From contig CAOJVB010000004.1 in NCBI GenBank assembly GCA_948444845.1, forward strand, positions 6,083 to 70,082: DNA of 64,000 nt, written 5' to 3'. A program made the translations under genes and the position numbers. The stretch comes from an uncultured Clostridiaceae bacterium (GTDB lineage: Bacteria > Bacillota > Clostridia > TANB77 > CAG-508). The notes beneath the pieces were generated by a model. The model was given only the letters and a program-made list of their open reading frames with translations, was not told the origin of the DNA and searched no databases. Shown piece after piece: positions 43,695 to 53,044 of the stretch. Numbering within the stretch: the first letter of the stretch is position 1; the number at the start of each line of letters is the position of its first letter.

Positions 43695-44408
43695 CTAATT
43701 TATTATATGTGTAAATATTATCATTCTTTTTGATTTTTCCTTTGTTAAACTACTATCATTCGTTTGTATATTTTTATATTTGTATTCTTCTATGGTTTCA
43801 ACAAATTTGTCATTTTCATATTTTTTTATAAATCCACCTGGTCCTAGTGGAGTATCTGAATAATTCTTATATATTTCCCCATTATTTGGATTTTTATATG
43901 GTGTTCCATTTAAAAAGCAATCTATGTTTTGTTTTACTCTATCTTCACTACCTGTCCATGGTTCATGTCTTAATGTTTCTTCATCTATATCAAATGAAAA
44001 TATTTCAGTACTTACATTGTCTTTTTTATATTTTTCTTTCATCAACTTTTCATATGAATATATTTCCCAATTTCTATTTGATACTGTTTTATAAACAGTT
44101 AAGTATTTCCAATCGCCTATAAAGTTACCTGTTTCATAATCATATTTTGCTTCTTTAAATACAACTGTATAGTTTTCTTTATAATATTTATATAATGTTG
44201 GTATTATTGTTTCTAAACCAACTATTCTATTTTGTGCTGCTTTACCTTTTACATCTGTATATGTATAATAGTTGGTTTCATCTTTCGTGTAAAGTATGGC
44301 ATCTGAAACCCTTTTTACACTATTTAATGAAACCATCGATACTGTTAATGCTATTACAAATATAAAAACCGCAAATGCCATAATTAAGGCGTGTGTAGCA
44401 TTTTCCAT
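43695..44408 (-). CDS. pilin-like protein with MENATHALIMA N terminus
   Basis: 237 aa; shares the N-terminal motif with the 44909, 45983 and 46866 genes. Confidence 0.55.
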   Translation of the reverse strand: MENATHALIMAFAVFIFVIALTVSMVSLNSVKRVSDAILYTKDETNYYTYTDVKGKAAQNRIVGLETIIPTLYKYYKENYTVVFKEAKYDYETGNFIGDWKYLTVYKTVSNRNWEIYSYEKLMKEKYKKDNVSTEIFSFDIDEETLRHEPWTGSEDRVKQNIDCFLNGTPYKNPNNGEIYKNYSDTPLGPGGFIKKYENDKFVETIEEYKYKNIQTNDSSLTKEKSKRMIIFTHIIN

Positions 44409-44462
44409 AAAATTTTTCCTTACGAATTATTATTGTTATTTGTATTTCCTTGTGGTTTTTTA

Positions 44463-44909
44463 TTATTCAGTTGTTGATTGAGCTTTTTCTATTTTTATTT
44501 TTTTTATTAATTTAGAACCTGCCTCATCATACTCTGCTGAAACCTTATAACGAGATCCATTTAAAAGCTCATTTCTAACTTTTAATATATCAGTTTGAGA
44601 TGTAACTCCTGTTGATTTTGCATTTGGAACCTCTACGCTATCTGGATAAACTATAGTTATCTTATATTCACTGTCAGATGCATTACTATTTTTTACTGTA
44701 TCACATAGTGTTCTTACATCTGTCCCTCTTTTGTTATTTCCTATGTATGATTCAAATTTTGAATTAAATGCGTCTATTTGTTCTTGGTCTAAGTTTGCTG
44801 ATGTTAATGCGTTTTTTGCATTGTTAAATACCATCATTCCTAATCCTATAATTAATATTGATAATAAAATTGCACCTGCTATAATTAATGCTTTTGATGC
44901 GTTCTCCAT
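44463..44909 (-). CDS. pilin-like protein (candidate major subunit), MENASKALIIAG N terminus
   Basis: 148 aa; MENASKAL + 20-residue hydrophobic helix + QIDAFNSKFESY motif. Confidence 0.6.
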   Translation of the reverse strand: MENASKALIIAGAILLSILIIGLGMMVFNNAKNALTSANLDQEQIDAFNSKFESYIGNNKRGTDVRTLCDTVKNSNASDSEYKITIVYPDSVEVPNAKSTGVTSQTDILKVRNELLNGSRYKVSAEYDEAGSKLIKKIKIEKAQSTTE

Positions 44910-44958
44910 AATTTTTTCCTCCTTTTTCTTTTGATATATATTTTTTAAAATTTAATAA

Positions 44959-45387
44959 CTAAATTTGTTCAAATAACATATATTTTATATTATTTGTCTT
45001 TTTATGATATTCTTTTTTTGTACATCTAAAATTCATTACTGCATAGTTTTTTATAAATTCTTCAGAGCCTAATTTTTGTATTCTTTCCATTGGGAATGTG
45101 TTTTCGGCTTCTAAAAATTTTACTTCTATTTTTATTGATGTAGTGTCATTTTCTATGTACATATTATTATTGTCTGTATTTATTCCATTTTTTTCGTTGC
45201 TATCTACTGCTTTGTTTATTATTGTTATAAGTGATGTTCCTAGTATTTCACCTTCTGTAAATACTTCATATTCACGGTTTAGTTTTTGTGTTCTTAGTTC
45301 ATTCGTTCTATATGAATTATATTTATAGGTAACAACTGCTAGTATTATTAATATTATAATACTCATTATTATAAAAAACTTTTTCAT
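44959..45387 (-). CDS. hypothetical membrane-anchored protein in the Tad-like locus
   Basis: 142-aa MKKFFIIMSIIILIILAVV... Confidence 0.5.
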   Translation of the reverse strand: MKKFFIIMSIIILIILAVVTYKYNSYRTNELRTQKLNREYEVFTEGEILGTSLITIINKAVDSNEKNGINTDNNNMYIENDTTSIKIEVKFLEAENTFPMERIQKLGSEEFIKNYAVMNFRCTKKEYHKKTNNIKYMLFEQI

Positions 45388-45461
45388 CTTACATGTTCCT
45401 TTTTATTATAACATTATTATCGTTTTTTTGCAAATGTAAATTATTACTTTTTTACTATTTT

Positions 45462-45983
45462 TTATAGCTTTTTTATTTCTACATATGTAACTCTTCCTGT
45501 TATATTGCTAATTTCTATATTATTTATATAATAATATTTTATTTTGTTATCCTGATCCATATTGTTTTCTTGCATAAAGTCTGTAAGTTGTTTTTCTGTC
45601 CATCTTTCTAAGTTTGTACTTTTTTTCGTTCCTTCTTCTAAATCTATTTGTACATAATATGTATTTTCATTTTTCTTCTTACTTTGAGTTTGATTAGTTA
45701 GTTCATATTCTATATTGTTTTTTTGAGCTAAGTTTGCAAGTGTTACTATATCATGTGTTGTTATTTTTATTATTTCATTTTGCTTTGTTTCATTATTAAA
45801 GCTTTTCCCTTCATATTTTAAAAATTGTGTATTAAATTCTGCTATTTGCTTTTTTTGTATTTCATTGGTTATTTCCCTACTAAAACCTCCAAAGGATTTG
45901 AATAGAACTACACCAACAGATATTATCATTAGTCCTAGTAATACACTTGCTGCCATTATTAGTGCTTTTGAGGCGTTTTCCAT
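45462..45983 (-). CDS. pilin-like protein, MENASKALIMAA N terminus
   Basis: start moved to MENASKAL (ggaggaaaca RBS); the track's upstream extension only translates the family-C repeat. Confidence 0.6.
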   Translation of the reverse strand: MENASKALIMAASVLLGLMIISVGVVLFKSFGGFSREITNEIQKKQIAEFNTQFLKYEGKSFNNETKQNEIIKITTHDIVTLANLAQKNNIEYELTNQTQSKKKNENTYYVQIDLEEGTKKSTNLERWTEKQLTDFMQENNMDQDNKIKYYYINNIEISNITGRVTYVEIKKL

Positions 45984-46015
45984 TTTGTTTCCTCCCTTCA
46001 GTTTTAGTTGTTGGA

Positions 46016-46169
46016 TGTCAAAGGGAACGGAGGAAGATTTGGAAAGATTTGGGACGTGTCCAAAAGTTTCCAAACTTTAAATAACTTTATATTACACTAT
46101 CTTATCTTTGTTTGGAAACTTTTGGACACGTCCCAAATCTTTCCAAATCTTCCTCCGTTCCCTTTGACA
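46016..46169. repeat. family-C palindromic element between two pilin-like genes
   Basis: 60-bp arms tgtcaaagggaacggaggaagatttggaaagatttgggacgtgtccaaaagtttccaaac and the exact reverse complement. Confidence 0.9.
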
Positions 46170-46194
46170 GACTTTTTTACAGCCCCTTCTTTAC

Positions 46195-46866
46195 TTAATT
46201 TTCTTTAAATATCATTTTTGTTATTCTTTTAGTTACATTGTCATATTGAAATTCTGTAGCTTTGAAAGTTTTACTTTTTAGTGTTGATAGTGAATTTTTA
46301 TACCCTAAATATTTATATATAGATTGTTGTATTTCCTGTTTTCTATTACTTATTCCATTATCTTTTAATAATTGTTCTAATTCATTTGACCATAATCCTG
46401 ATAGTGATGCTATTGTTTTTCCTAATTCTTTTACTTTTCTATTTTCTTCACTAGTAATATCTTTATAACTTTGAACATTCTTTTCTAAATTTTCTACTAC
46501 TTCTTTTATTTTACTTGAAGTATACTTTTTATTTTTTTCAATTATCTTTTCGTTATCATATGCTTGTATTGTTTTTGAAAAAGTAACTTCAATATCTAAT
46601 TTTGCATATCCTTCTTCTTTTACTTGCCTTTCATTATAATCTACTACTTTATTTGCTAATGATAAAATATCACTTCCATACAGGTTATCTCTATAATATA
46701 CATCATATTGCTTATTAAATTCAATTACCTGTTCTATGGCATCCTCATCATTTTTGGCATTCATCGTTTCTGTTAAGTTGTTGTATGTCATTACTAGTAG
46801 TGATATTACCATTATTGCAATTAAAACACTTCCTGCCATTATTAAGGCTTTTGATGCATTTTCCAT
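46195..46866 (-). CDS. pilin-like protein, MENASKALIMAG N terminus
   Basis: start at the internal MENASKAL (aaaggagaaaaa RBS); QVIEFNKQYDVYY motif after the helix. Confidence 0.6.
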   Translation of the reverse strand: MENASKALIMAGSVLIAIMVISLLVMTYNNLTETMNAKNDEDAIEQVIEFNKQYDVYYRDNLYGSDILSLANKVVDYNERQVKEEGYAKLDIEVTFSKTIQAYDNEKIIEKNKKYTSSKIKEVVENLEKNVQSYKDITSEENRKVKELGKTIASLSGLWSNELEQLLKDNGISNRKQEIQQSIYKYLGYKNSLSTLKSKTFKATEFQYDNVTKRITKMIFKEN

Positions 46867-46876
46867 TTTTTCTCCT

Positions 46877-46957
46877 TTCGGATGTCGGGATTTTATAATC
46901 AAGTAATTTAAGGTAGTTTCTTCGAAGTTCGGACAGCCGAGGAGCTGCCCCTACACT
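46877..46957 (+). repeat. family-D word plus family-A unit
   Basis: ttcggatgtcgggatttt ... tttcttcgaagttcggacagccgaggagctgcccctacac. Confidence 0.75.
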
Positions 46958-46994
46958 TCTTTTCTTCTACTTTACTATTTCTTATTTTTGCCTT

Positions 46995-49071
46995 TTAACT
47001 TGACATTCCTTTGAATGATGTTGTCATACTTGTTAGTCCTATAAATACTAGTGGTATAATTAGGTAGCCTACAAATAGTAATACCATTGGTGTAAATCCT
47101 ATTGCTTTTCCTATCATTCCTTTTTTTGATATTAGTCTCTCATTTGATTCCTTTCTTTTTGCTTGATAGTAGTCTCTTTCTGTGTCTAATTCATCAAATG
47201 CATCTTTTATTGGTATCTTTTCTACTGCTGCTTGAAGGCTTTCTATTATTCTGATGAAGTCATTATATGTAACATCTTCTTTCATTGCTTCTAATGCTTC
47301 CCAAGGTCCTGCTTCATAGTTGTTTATACATTTGCTTAGTGGGTCTTTAAATATGTTTGCATATCGTTCTAACCATTCTAATATTATTTCTACATTTACC
47401 CTTTCTATTCTCATAAGCATTAGTATTATTGTTTGGAATTGCATTACTTCATCTTCCATTTCAAGTGTTCTCATTTTTGATTGGAATATTAACATTAGTA
47501 TTGGACAGTTATATGCTATCATAGCTAATACCATTGCTCCTAATACTTCTGTCCATCCTAAATATTCACTATTTATTATAGCTATTTTTTTCATTATTCT
47601 TTGGGCAGCTACTTCTCTGTCTCCATCTGTACTATCTATATAGTCTTTATTTACTCTGCCTCTTTCCATATCTTTTATTATGTCTTTTTCCTCTAAATCA
47701 CTTTTATCTTTGAATTTTTTTATATATTCATTATCTGAAGCTGTAACTTCCATTGCTTTTCTTCTATCTTTTTCTGCCATATCACCTATAATGTCATATG
47801 TTACTGTTGGATCAGTATATACATTACTTATTGTTATTCCATGTAATTGATTAAATAAGAATACTGATACTATAAATGTAACTACACAAAGTATTATTTT
47901 ATTTATATATATCCATTCTATTTTCTGCTTACTTGCTGCATTTTTCATAAGAGTTTTTATTTTTCTATTGTCTTTTGTTCCATCTTTTGGTACAAACAAG
48001 TCTACGAATTTTTTTATAATTTTTATACGATATAATTTTTCTTGCCATGGATTTTCTGTATTCCTTGTATCTATTGCAGTTGAACCATTATCTTTTAGCT
48101 TTCTTGTTAATATATAACATATAAATGTTGTAAGTAGTATTAATATTTGCACTAACATTCCATTTTTTCCGTTATAAAAACCTTCTACAATGCTAAATTG
48201 AGATACTGCCCAATTTTTTATTGGTTCTAAGCATAACATTGGTACTATTGCTATTATTGATAAACTTTGAAATACATAGTCTAGTTTATCTCTTTTTAGT
48301 ATTTCTAGTTGCATTTCTTGTGTTATATTGTTTAAGTTTTTTAAGTATAGTGATGCTCCATCTACTTTTCTGTCACCAAATTCTTTTGTTAGGTATGATA
48401 CTCCTGCAAATTCTTTTAAATAACTATTTGGTGCTACATCATAATATTTTTCTAGTTCTGATTCTGGGTCATTTGATATCAGTACTTCATATATTCTTTC
48501 CGCTTGTCTTGACATTTCTGGGTTGTCATCATCTTGTGCTGTTTGGTATATTGCTTCTTCTACCATATTAAATTCATGATAGGCATGTCTTATTTCTGTA
48601 AAGAAGTTTATCTGTTGTTTTAATAAATTATTATCTATTTTATCTACCATTCCATCTATGAAGGTATCTAACATAAATATTTCGAAAACTAGTAATATAC
48701 TCATTAATAGCATATTATTTTTAGTCAATAATATTATTGCTATTGTTATTGGTATTACTAGAAAAAACGTCTTTGTTAATATTTTTGAAGATTGAAGTCT
48801 TGTTAAATATTCATCATCAATATTTATTATTTCTAATCTTCTTCTTAATTTTAGTATATATCTTTTTATAAAAGGTGTTTTTAGGTAAAATAGATATAAT
48901 TTTTGGTACATAATTTCTGAAGAAAATTTTGTCTTTTTTGTTCCTTGTTGTAAGCTTGTTATATATTTTCTATCTTTGTTATTTTTTTGAATAATTACAT
49001 ATGCTATTACTATTATTACAAATAAACCTGCTACTCCGCATTAGTAAGTATTTCATCATTTCGTTATCCAT
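46995..49071 (-). CDS. polytopic membrane protein, probable fused TadB/TadC (GspF-like platform); needs +1 shift at in-frame CGG (49036-49038)
   Basis: ggaggtg RBS. MDNEMMKYLLM-R(CGG)...K*; +1 gives M|GVAGLFVIIVIAYVIIQKNNK...EIMYQKLYLFY, joining ORF 46995-48911. Function inferred from position next to cpaF. Confidence 0.55.
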
Positions 49072-49109
49072 TTTACTTTTCACCTCCTACTCTTTGAAAT
49101 TATCTTTTT

Positions 49110-49229
49110 ATTTGTAGGGGCGTGCAATGCACGTCCTTCCCTTCGAAGAATATTCTATAAATAATTGTTATTTTAATATTTTTATAATAGCTGTGTTTTA
49201 ACAGACGGGCATTGCACGCCCCTACAAAT
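49110..49229. repeat. inverted pair of family-A units between cpaF and the platform gene
   Basis: atttgtaggggcgtgcaatgcacgtcc...cttcgaagaa / gacgggcattgcacgcccctacaaat. Confidence 0.85.
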
Positions 49230-49235
49230 ATATTT

Positions 49236-51211
49236 TTAATTATGATTTTCTGTTTTTGCTTTTCTTCCACGTTTTTTTGGCTCTGTTTTTTGTGTGTTTT
49301 CTGTTTCTTCTTCAAATTGTTTTATTTTTGTATTCCAGTGTTTTTGTACAAATTTTGAGAATTCTTCTGCATCTGTTTCGTCCATATTGTTTATCATCTC
49401 TTTTATGTTTGTGTCTGATATTTTATTTGTTAATATATATTCTCCATCATGATATTCTAATATGTTTACATGTTTATATAATTCTCTATTTGTTGATTTT
49501 GTGAAGTAATATGTAGCATTGTCCATGAATTTATCTAGTTTACCTTCTATTGTTTTTTCTTTTCTATGGTCAAATGTGTATTCATTTTTATCTTCTACTG
49601 GTATACATTCTGTAACTCTTTCTACATACCTTTTTCCTCTAAAGTTTTTGGCTAGGTGTATATCAAAGTTTAATACTGAAACTACTTGTTCTTCTGCTGT
49701 TCTTTCGTCTTTGAATACTCCTGCTCTTAACATTGAGTTACGTAGTGCTGTTACTAAGTCAGGAAATGTTTTTGCATGGTGAGTAAATAATGTAAATTTA
49801 GATGCAACTTGGGCTGATTGAATCATCCAAGATGCTACGGGGTCTGTTGCAACCTCTCCGAATTATATTTACTGAACCATCTGTTTTCTTTTGTACGTCC
49901 AAACAGTCTTGACCTGATATTGTTTCTGTTTCACGCATTGATAATATGTTTCTTGTTGGGTATATTCTTCTTAAGTGAAGCTCGAATGCTGTTTCTGTAA
50001 TACGAAGGTTCATGGTTTCATATATGTTTTCTATCATTCCCATTAGTAATGTTGTTTTTCCGGCAGCCTTGCTCACCAGTAATTGATGTTATTCTTGCTC
50101 CTTTTACTAGGTATTTTAATAATTCTATTGATTCATCTGCTCCTGGTTCATTTTTAAACCATTGCTCTAATGTTGAACGTTTTACGTCAAATTTTCTTAC
50201 GAAAAATGCCCATGTTTCTGACATACTTGGTCTTACTACAACAACACGAGAACCATCTTTCATTTCATTTATTTTATATCCATTTGTGTCTGATAATTGA
50301 CCTGGATTGTTATATTTATATATGTTTTGACATACTCTTTTTAGTTCTGCTTCTGTTCCAAATGAAAGGAATGCCAAACGAATTGATTTACCTTGAAACA
50401 TTATCCAAATACTGTCACATGCTCTAGGAACTTTATGTTCTATTACTTGTCCTAAATAGTCACTATCGGCCTGTGCTACTTGACTTAAAAAGCTTTCAGG
50501 AAGTCCTGATACACCACCTGATATACCATCTATGTTCATATCTCTTATTTCATCTATACTGCTATATCCTTTATAGTGTTGATATATTCTTTGTACTACT
50601 ACATTTAGTTTGTCTTGAAATGATAGTACAAATTTTTCTTTTTCAAATATATCATTTATTTCTTCTTCTGTTATTACATAAGAAGGCTTTGCTTCTCCTG
50701 CAACATATTTTAATTTTGCTAAATCATATTTTTTTATTATTTCTGTCAAGGCTTCATATCCAAATTCTTGTTTATACATATATAATATAATATCAAATTT
50801 GTCTTGTCCTGTTAAAAGTGATGGTACATCAAAAGAAATTGCCTTTGAAACATTTATTTCTGTTACTCCATATTCTTTTGCTAATAAATCATATATTAAT
50901 TCTTTAACATATTTTTTATCATTTACATCTCCATATGTACAACCTTTCAGAGCCTTTTTAAGTTCATACTTTTTACTTTTTCTTCTTTTTAGTTCTTCTT
51001 CTGAAAGCCCTATATCATAAAGGTTAATTTTTGTTATTTCATCTAGCCTCTTTTTTACAAATGCAGTCATTTTTTCTAATGTATATGTTTTATCATCAAT
51101 TTGTATTTGGGCTTCTACTTTTTCATCTTGTTTTTTCTTTAATCTAAGTGCCATAACAATACCTGCACCTATTAATAAAGCGACTATCATTACGATGTTA
51201 AATATATTCAT
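49236..51211 (-). CDS. cpaF: CpaF/TadA-type secretion ATPase with N-terminal TM helix; needs two +1 shifts at in-frame CGGs (50060-50062 and 49858-49860)
   Basis: shift 1 restores the Walker A ITGEQGC|GKTTLLMG. Shift 2 gives NII|GEVATDPVASWMIQSAQVASKFTLFTHHAK. The three track ORFs are contiguous after the shifts. Confidence 0.85.
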
Positions 51212-51253
51212 TCTTAGGCTCCTTTCTATACTCTATCTTGTTTGAGTTTCTGA

Positions 51254-51456
51254 CGGGGACACATCTTTACCTAGGGTCATTTCTTCCGTGATAAGATATG
51301 TCCCTCGCTGGGTTTCTCGCATTATTTATTACGGGAACACTTCTTTTCCTAGGTTCATTTCTTGCGTGATAAGATATGTCCCGTGCTGGGTTTCTCACAT
51401 TATTTATTATGAGGGCACTTCTTTTCCTAGGGTCAATGTCTTGCGTGATAAGATAT
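51254..51456. repeat. tandem repeat, about 78-bp unit x 2.6, between the tadZ-like gene and cpaF
   Basis: gggRacac-tcttt-cctagg-tca-ttcttgcgtgataagatatgtccc-gctgggtttctc-cattatttatta repeated head-to-tail. Confidence 0.85.
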
Positions 51457-51463
51457 TATTGTA

Positions 51464-52327
51464 TTACCTTCTCATTTGTACTTCTTGCAATTTGTATATT
51501 ATTGTTTTTGCCATTCTTGATACTTCTTGCATAAATGTTTGGTTTCTGTCTCCTTCATCTGCATTTCTTAATCTTAAGAAAAACTCTACTACTTTTGCCT
51601 CTGAACAACTTTCAAAAAATAGTGTATTATATGGAACTGATAAAATATTCTGTTTCATTCTTAAATATCTAGAAATATTTTTTATATTATATTTTGAAAA
51701 TTTATCATATCTGCCTACATTTATTAAAACATTATTATTTTTAAAGAAACTATTTTCCTCTCTTAATTTACTAATTTTATCTATAATTTGTAATTTCTGT
51801 GTTATATTTATAACTATAACATCTGCTATTTCTAAAATTCTATTTGCCTCTTCCTCATCCATATTTTTAGAAATATCTACAAATACCAAATCATAGTTTC
51901 TATTTGCTATGCTTAATATTTCTGGATATATTTTTGCATATTCTAAATATTCACTATATACTTTTGTTTTAGGTGCTTCTAATATGTCTAATCTATCAGT
52001 AAAAATTACTTTACTATAATTAGATACAATATTAGGGGTAGTTTTATTACTCTTTATTATTTTAACTAATCCTTCTATTCCTGATTGTATTCCTACTGTA
52101 GATACCTTTTCTTGTGCAATTTTATTTGAATGTGGCTCTTCATTTTTGGTATTCCAATAACAATTTTCTAATGTTTGGTCTTTGAAATTTGTACTTACAT
52201 TTAAAATTCTATAATTGTGTTCTATTGCCATGTATGTTGTTAATGCTACCATTGATAAAGTTTGCCCTGTTTCTCTTTTTTCGTCACTCCAAAATGCTAT
52301 TATAGCCATTTTATACTCCTTTTTCAA
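51464..52327 (-). CDS. MinD/ParA-like protein with degenerate P-loop (TadZ/CpaE-like)
   Basis: MAIIAFWSDEKRETGQT in place of KGGxGKT; DLVFVD Walker-B-like; overlaps the upstream gene. Confidence 0.5.
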   Translation of the reverse strand: MKKEYKMAIIAFWSDEKRETGQTLSMVALTTYMAIEHNYRILNVSTNFKDQTLENCYWNTKNEEPHSNKIAQEKVSTVGIQSGIEGLVKIIKSNKTTPNIVSNYSKVIFTDRLDILEAPKTKVYSEYLEYAKIYPEILSIANRNYDLVFVDISKNMDEEEANRILEIADVIVINITQKLQIIDKISKLREENSFFKNNNVLINVGRYDKFSKYNIKNISRYLRMKQNILSVPYNTLFFESCSEAKVVEFFLRLRNADEGDRNQTFMQEVSRMAKTIIYKLQEVQMRR

Positions 52328-53010
52328 TTTTCTTAAATATTTTTCTTAATGCTGGGTAATTTTCCTCTCCCATTATTTGGTTTACAATATATATTAGCCC
52401 TTCTTTATATTGTTTTGTTAAACCTTTAAGCTTTATTTTTGATACTCTCTGGTTTTTATATATAACTGTTTGATCTCCTAATTCAAATGGCATATATATT
52501 ATTTCATTATCCCAGTTTATATTACTTCCAGCTGATAAATAGTTTAAGTAATCATTTTCAGCTTTACTTGCTTCTTTTGAAAATAAAACCTTAGTTGCAG
52601 ATATTATAGATTTTATTCCACTTATTGATTCTATTCCTCTTCTTATAGAGTACATATCAAATGACGTAGTAAAATATATCTTTTCACAATTTTCTATTTC
52701 ATAACTTATTACTCTTTCTTCCATGTCTGTATCTATCAATACTATGTCATATTCTAGTTCATTTTTTTCTGATATTCCAAGATATGCCTTAATATCTTCA
52801 AAGCTTTCAAATCCTACTGCAACATCAATACCTTCAAATTCAGTAATATATTTTTTTGAAGGTTCTATAGTTGGAACAATATACCTTGCTTTTCCGGGTA
52901 ACGGTTCCATCTATTACTAAAACCTTTTGCTTCATTTCTACTAAGATCTTAGCTATATATATCAAAAAATCTGTTTTGTCATATGCTCCAATAAATGCTA
53001 TCTTTTTCAT
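52311..53010 (-). CDS. second MinD/ParA-like protein with degenerate P-loop; needs +1 shift at in-frame CGG (52894-52896)
   Basis: ggaggaaatga RBS. MKKIAFIGAYDKTDF...VLVIDGTVT-R(CGG)KSKV...*; +1 gives T|GKARYIVPTIEPSKKYITEFEG, joining ORF 52311-52910. Confidence 0.55.
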
Positions 53011-53044
53011 TCATTTCCTCCATTAATTAGTAAACTAATAATTA

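Noticed and set aside
49100-49315. ORFs 49100-49315 (-) and 51288-51896 (+)
   Set aside because: They overlap repeat elements and the ends of real genes, lack RBSs, and have no protein-like composition.
51254-51456. Possible CRISPR array (also considered for 1718-1797)
   Set aside because: These are head-to-tail tandem units with no unique spacers. There are no cas genes in the window, and the units are too long (78 bp) or too short and degenerate (8-mers).
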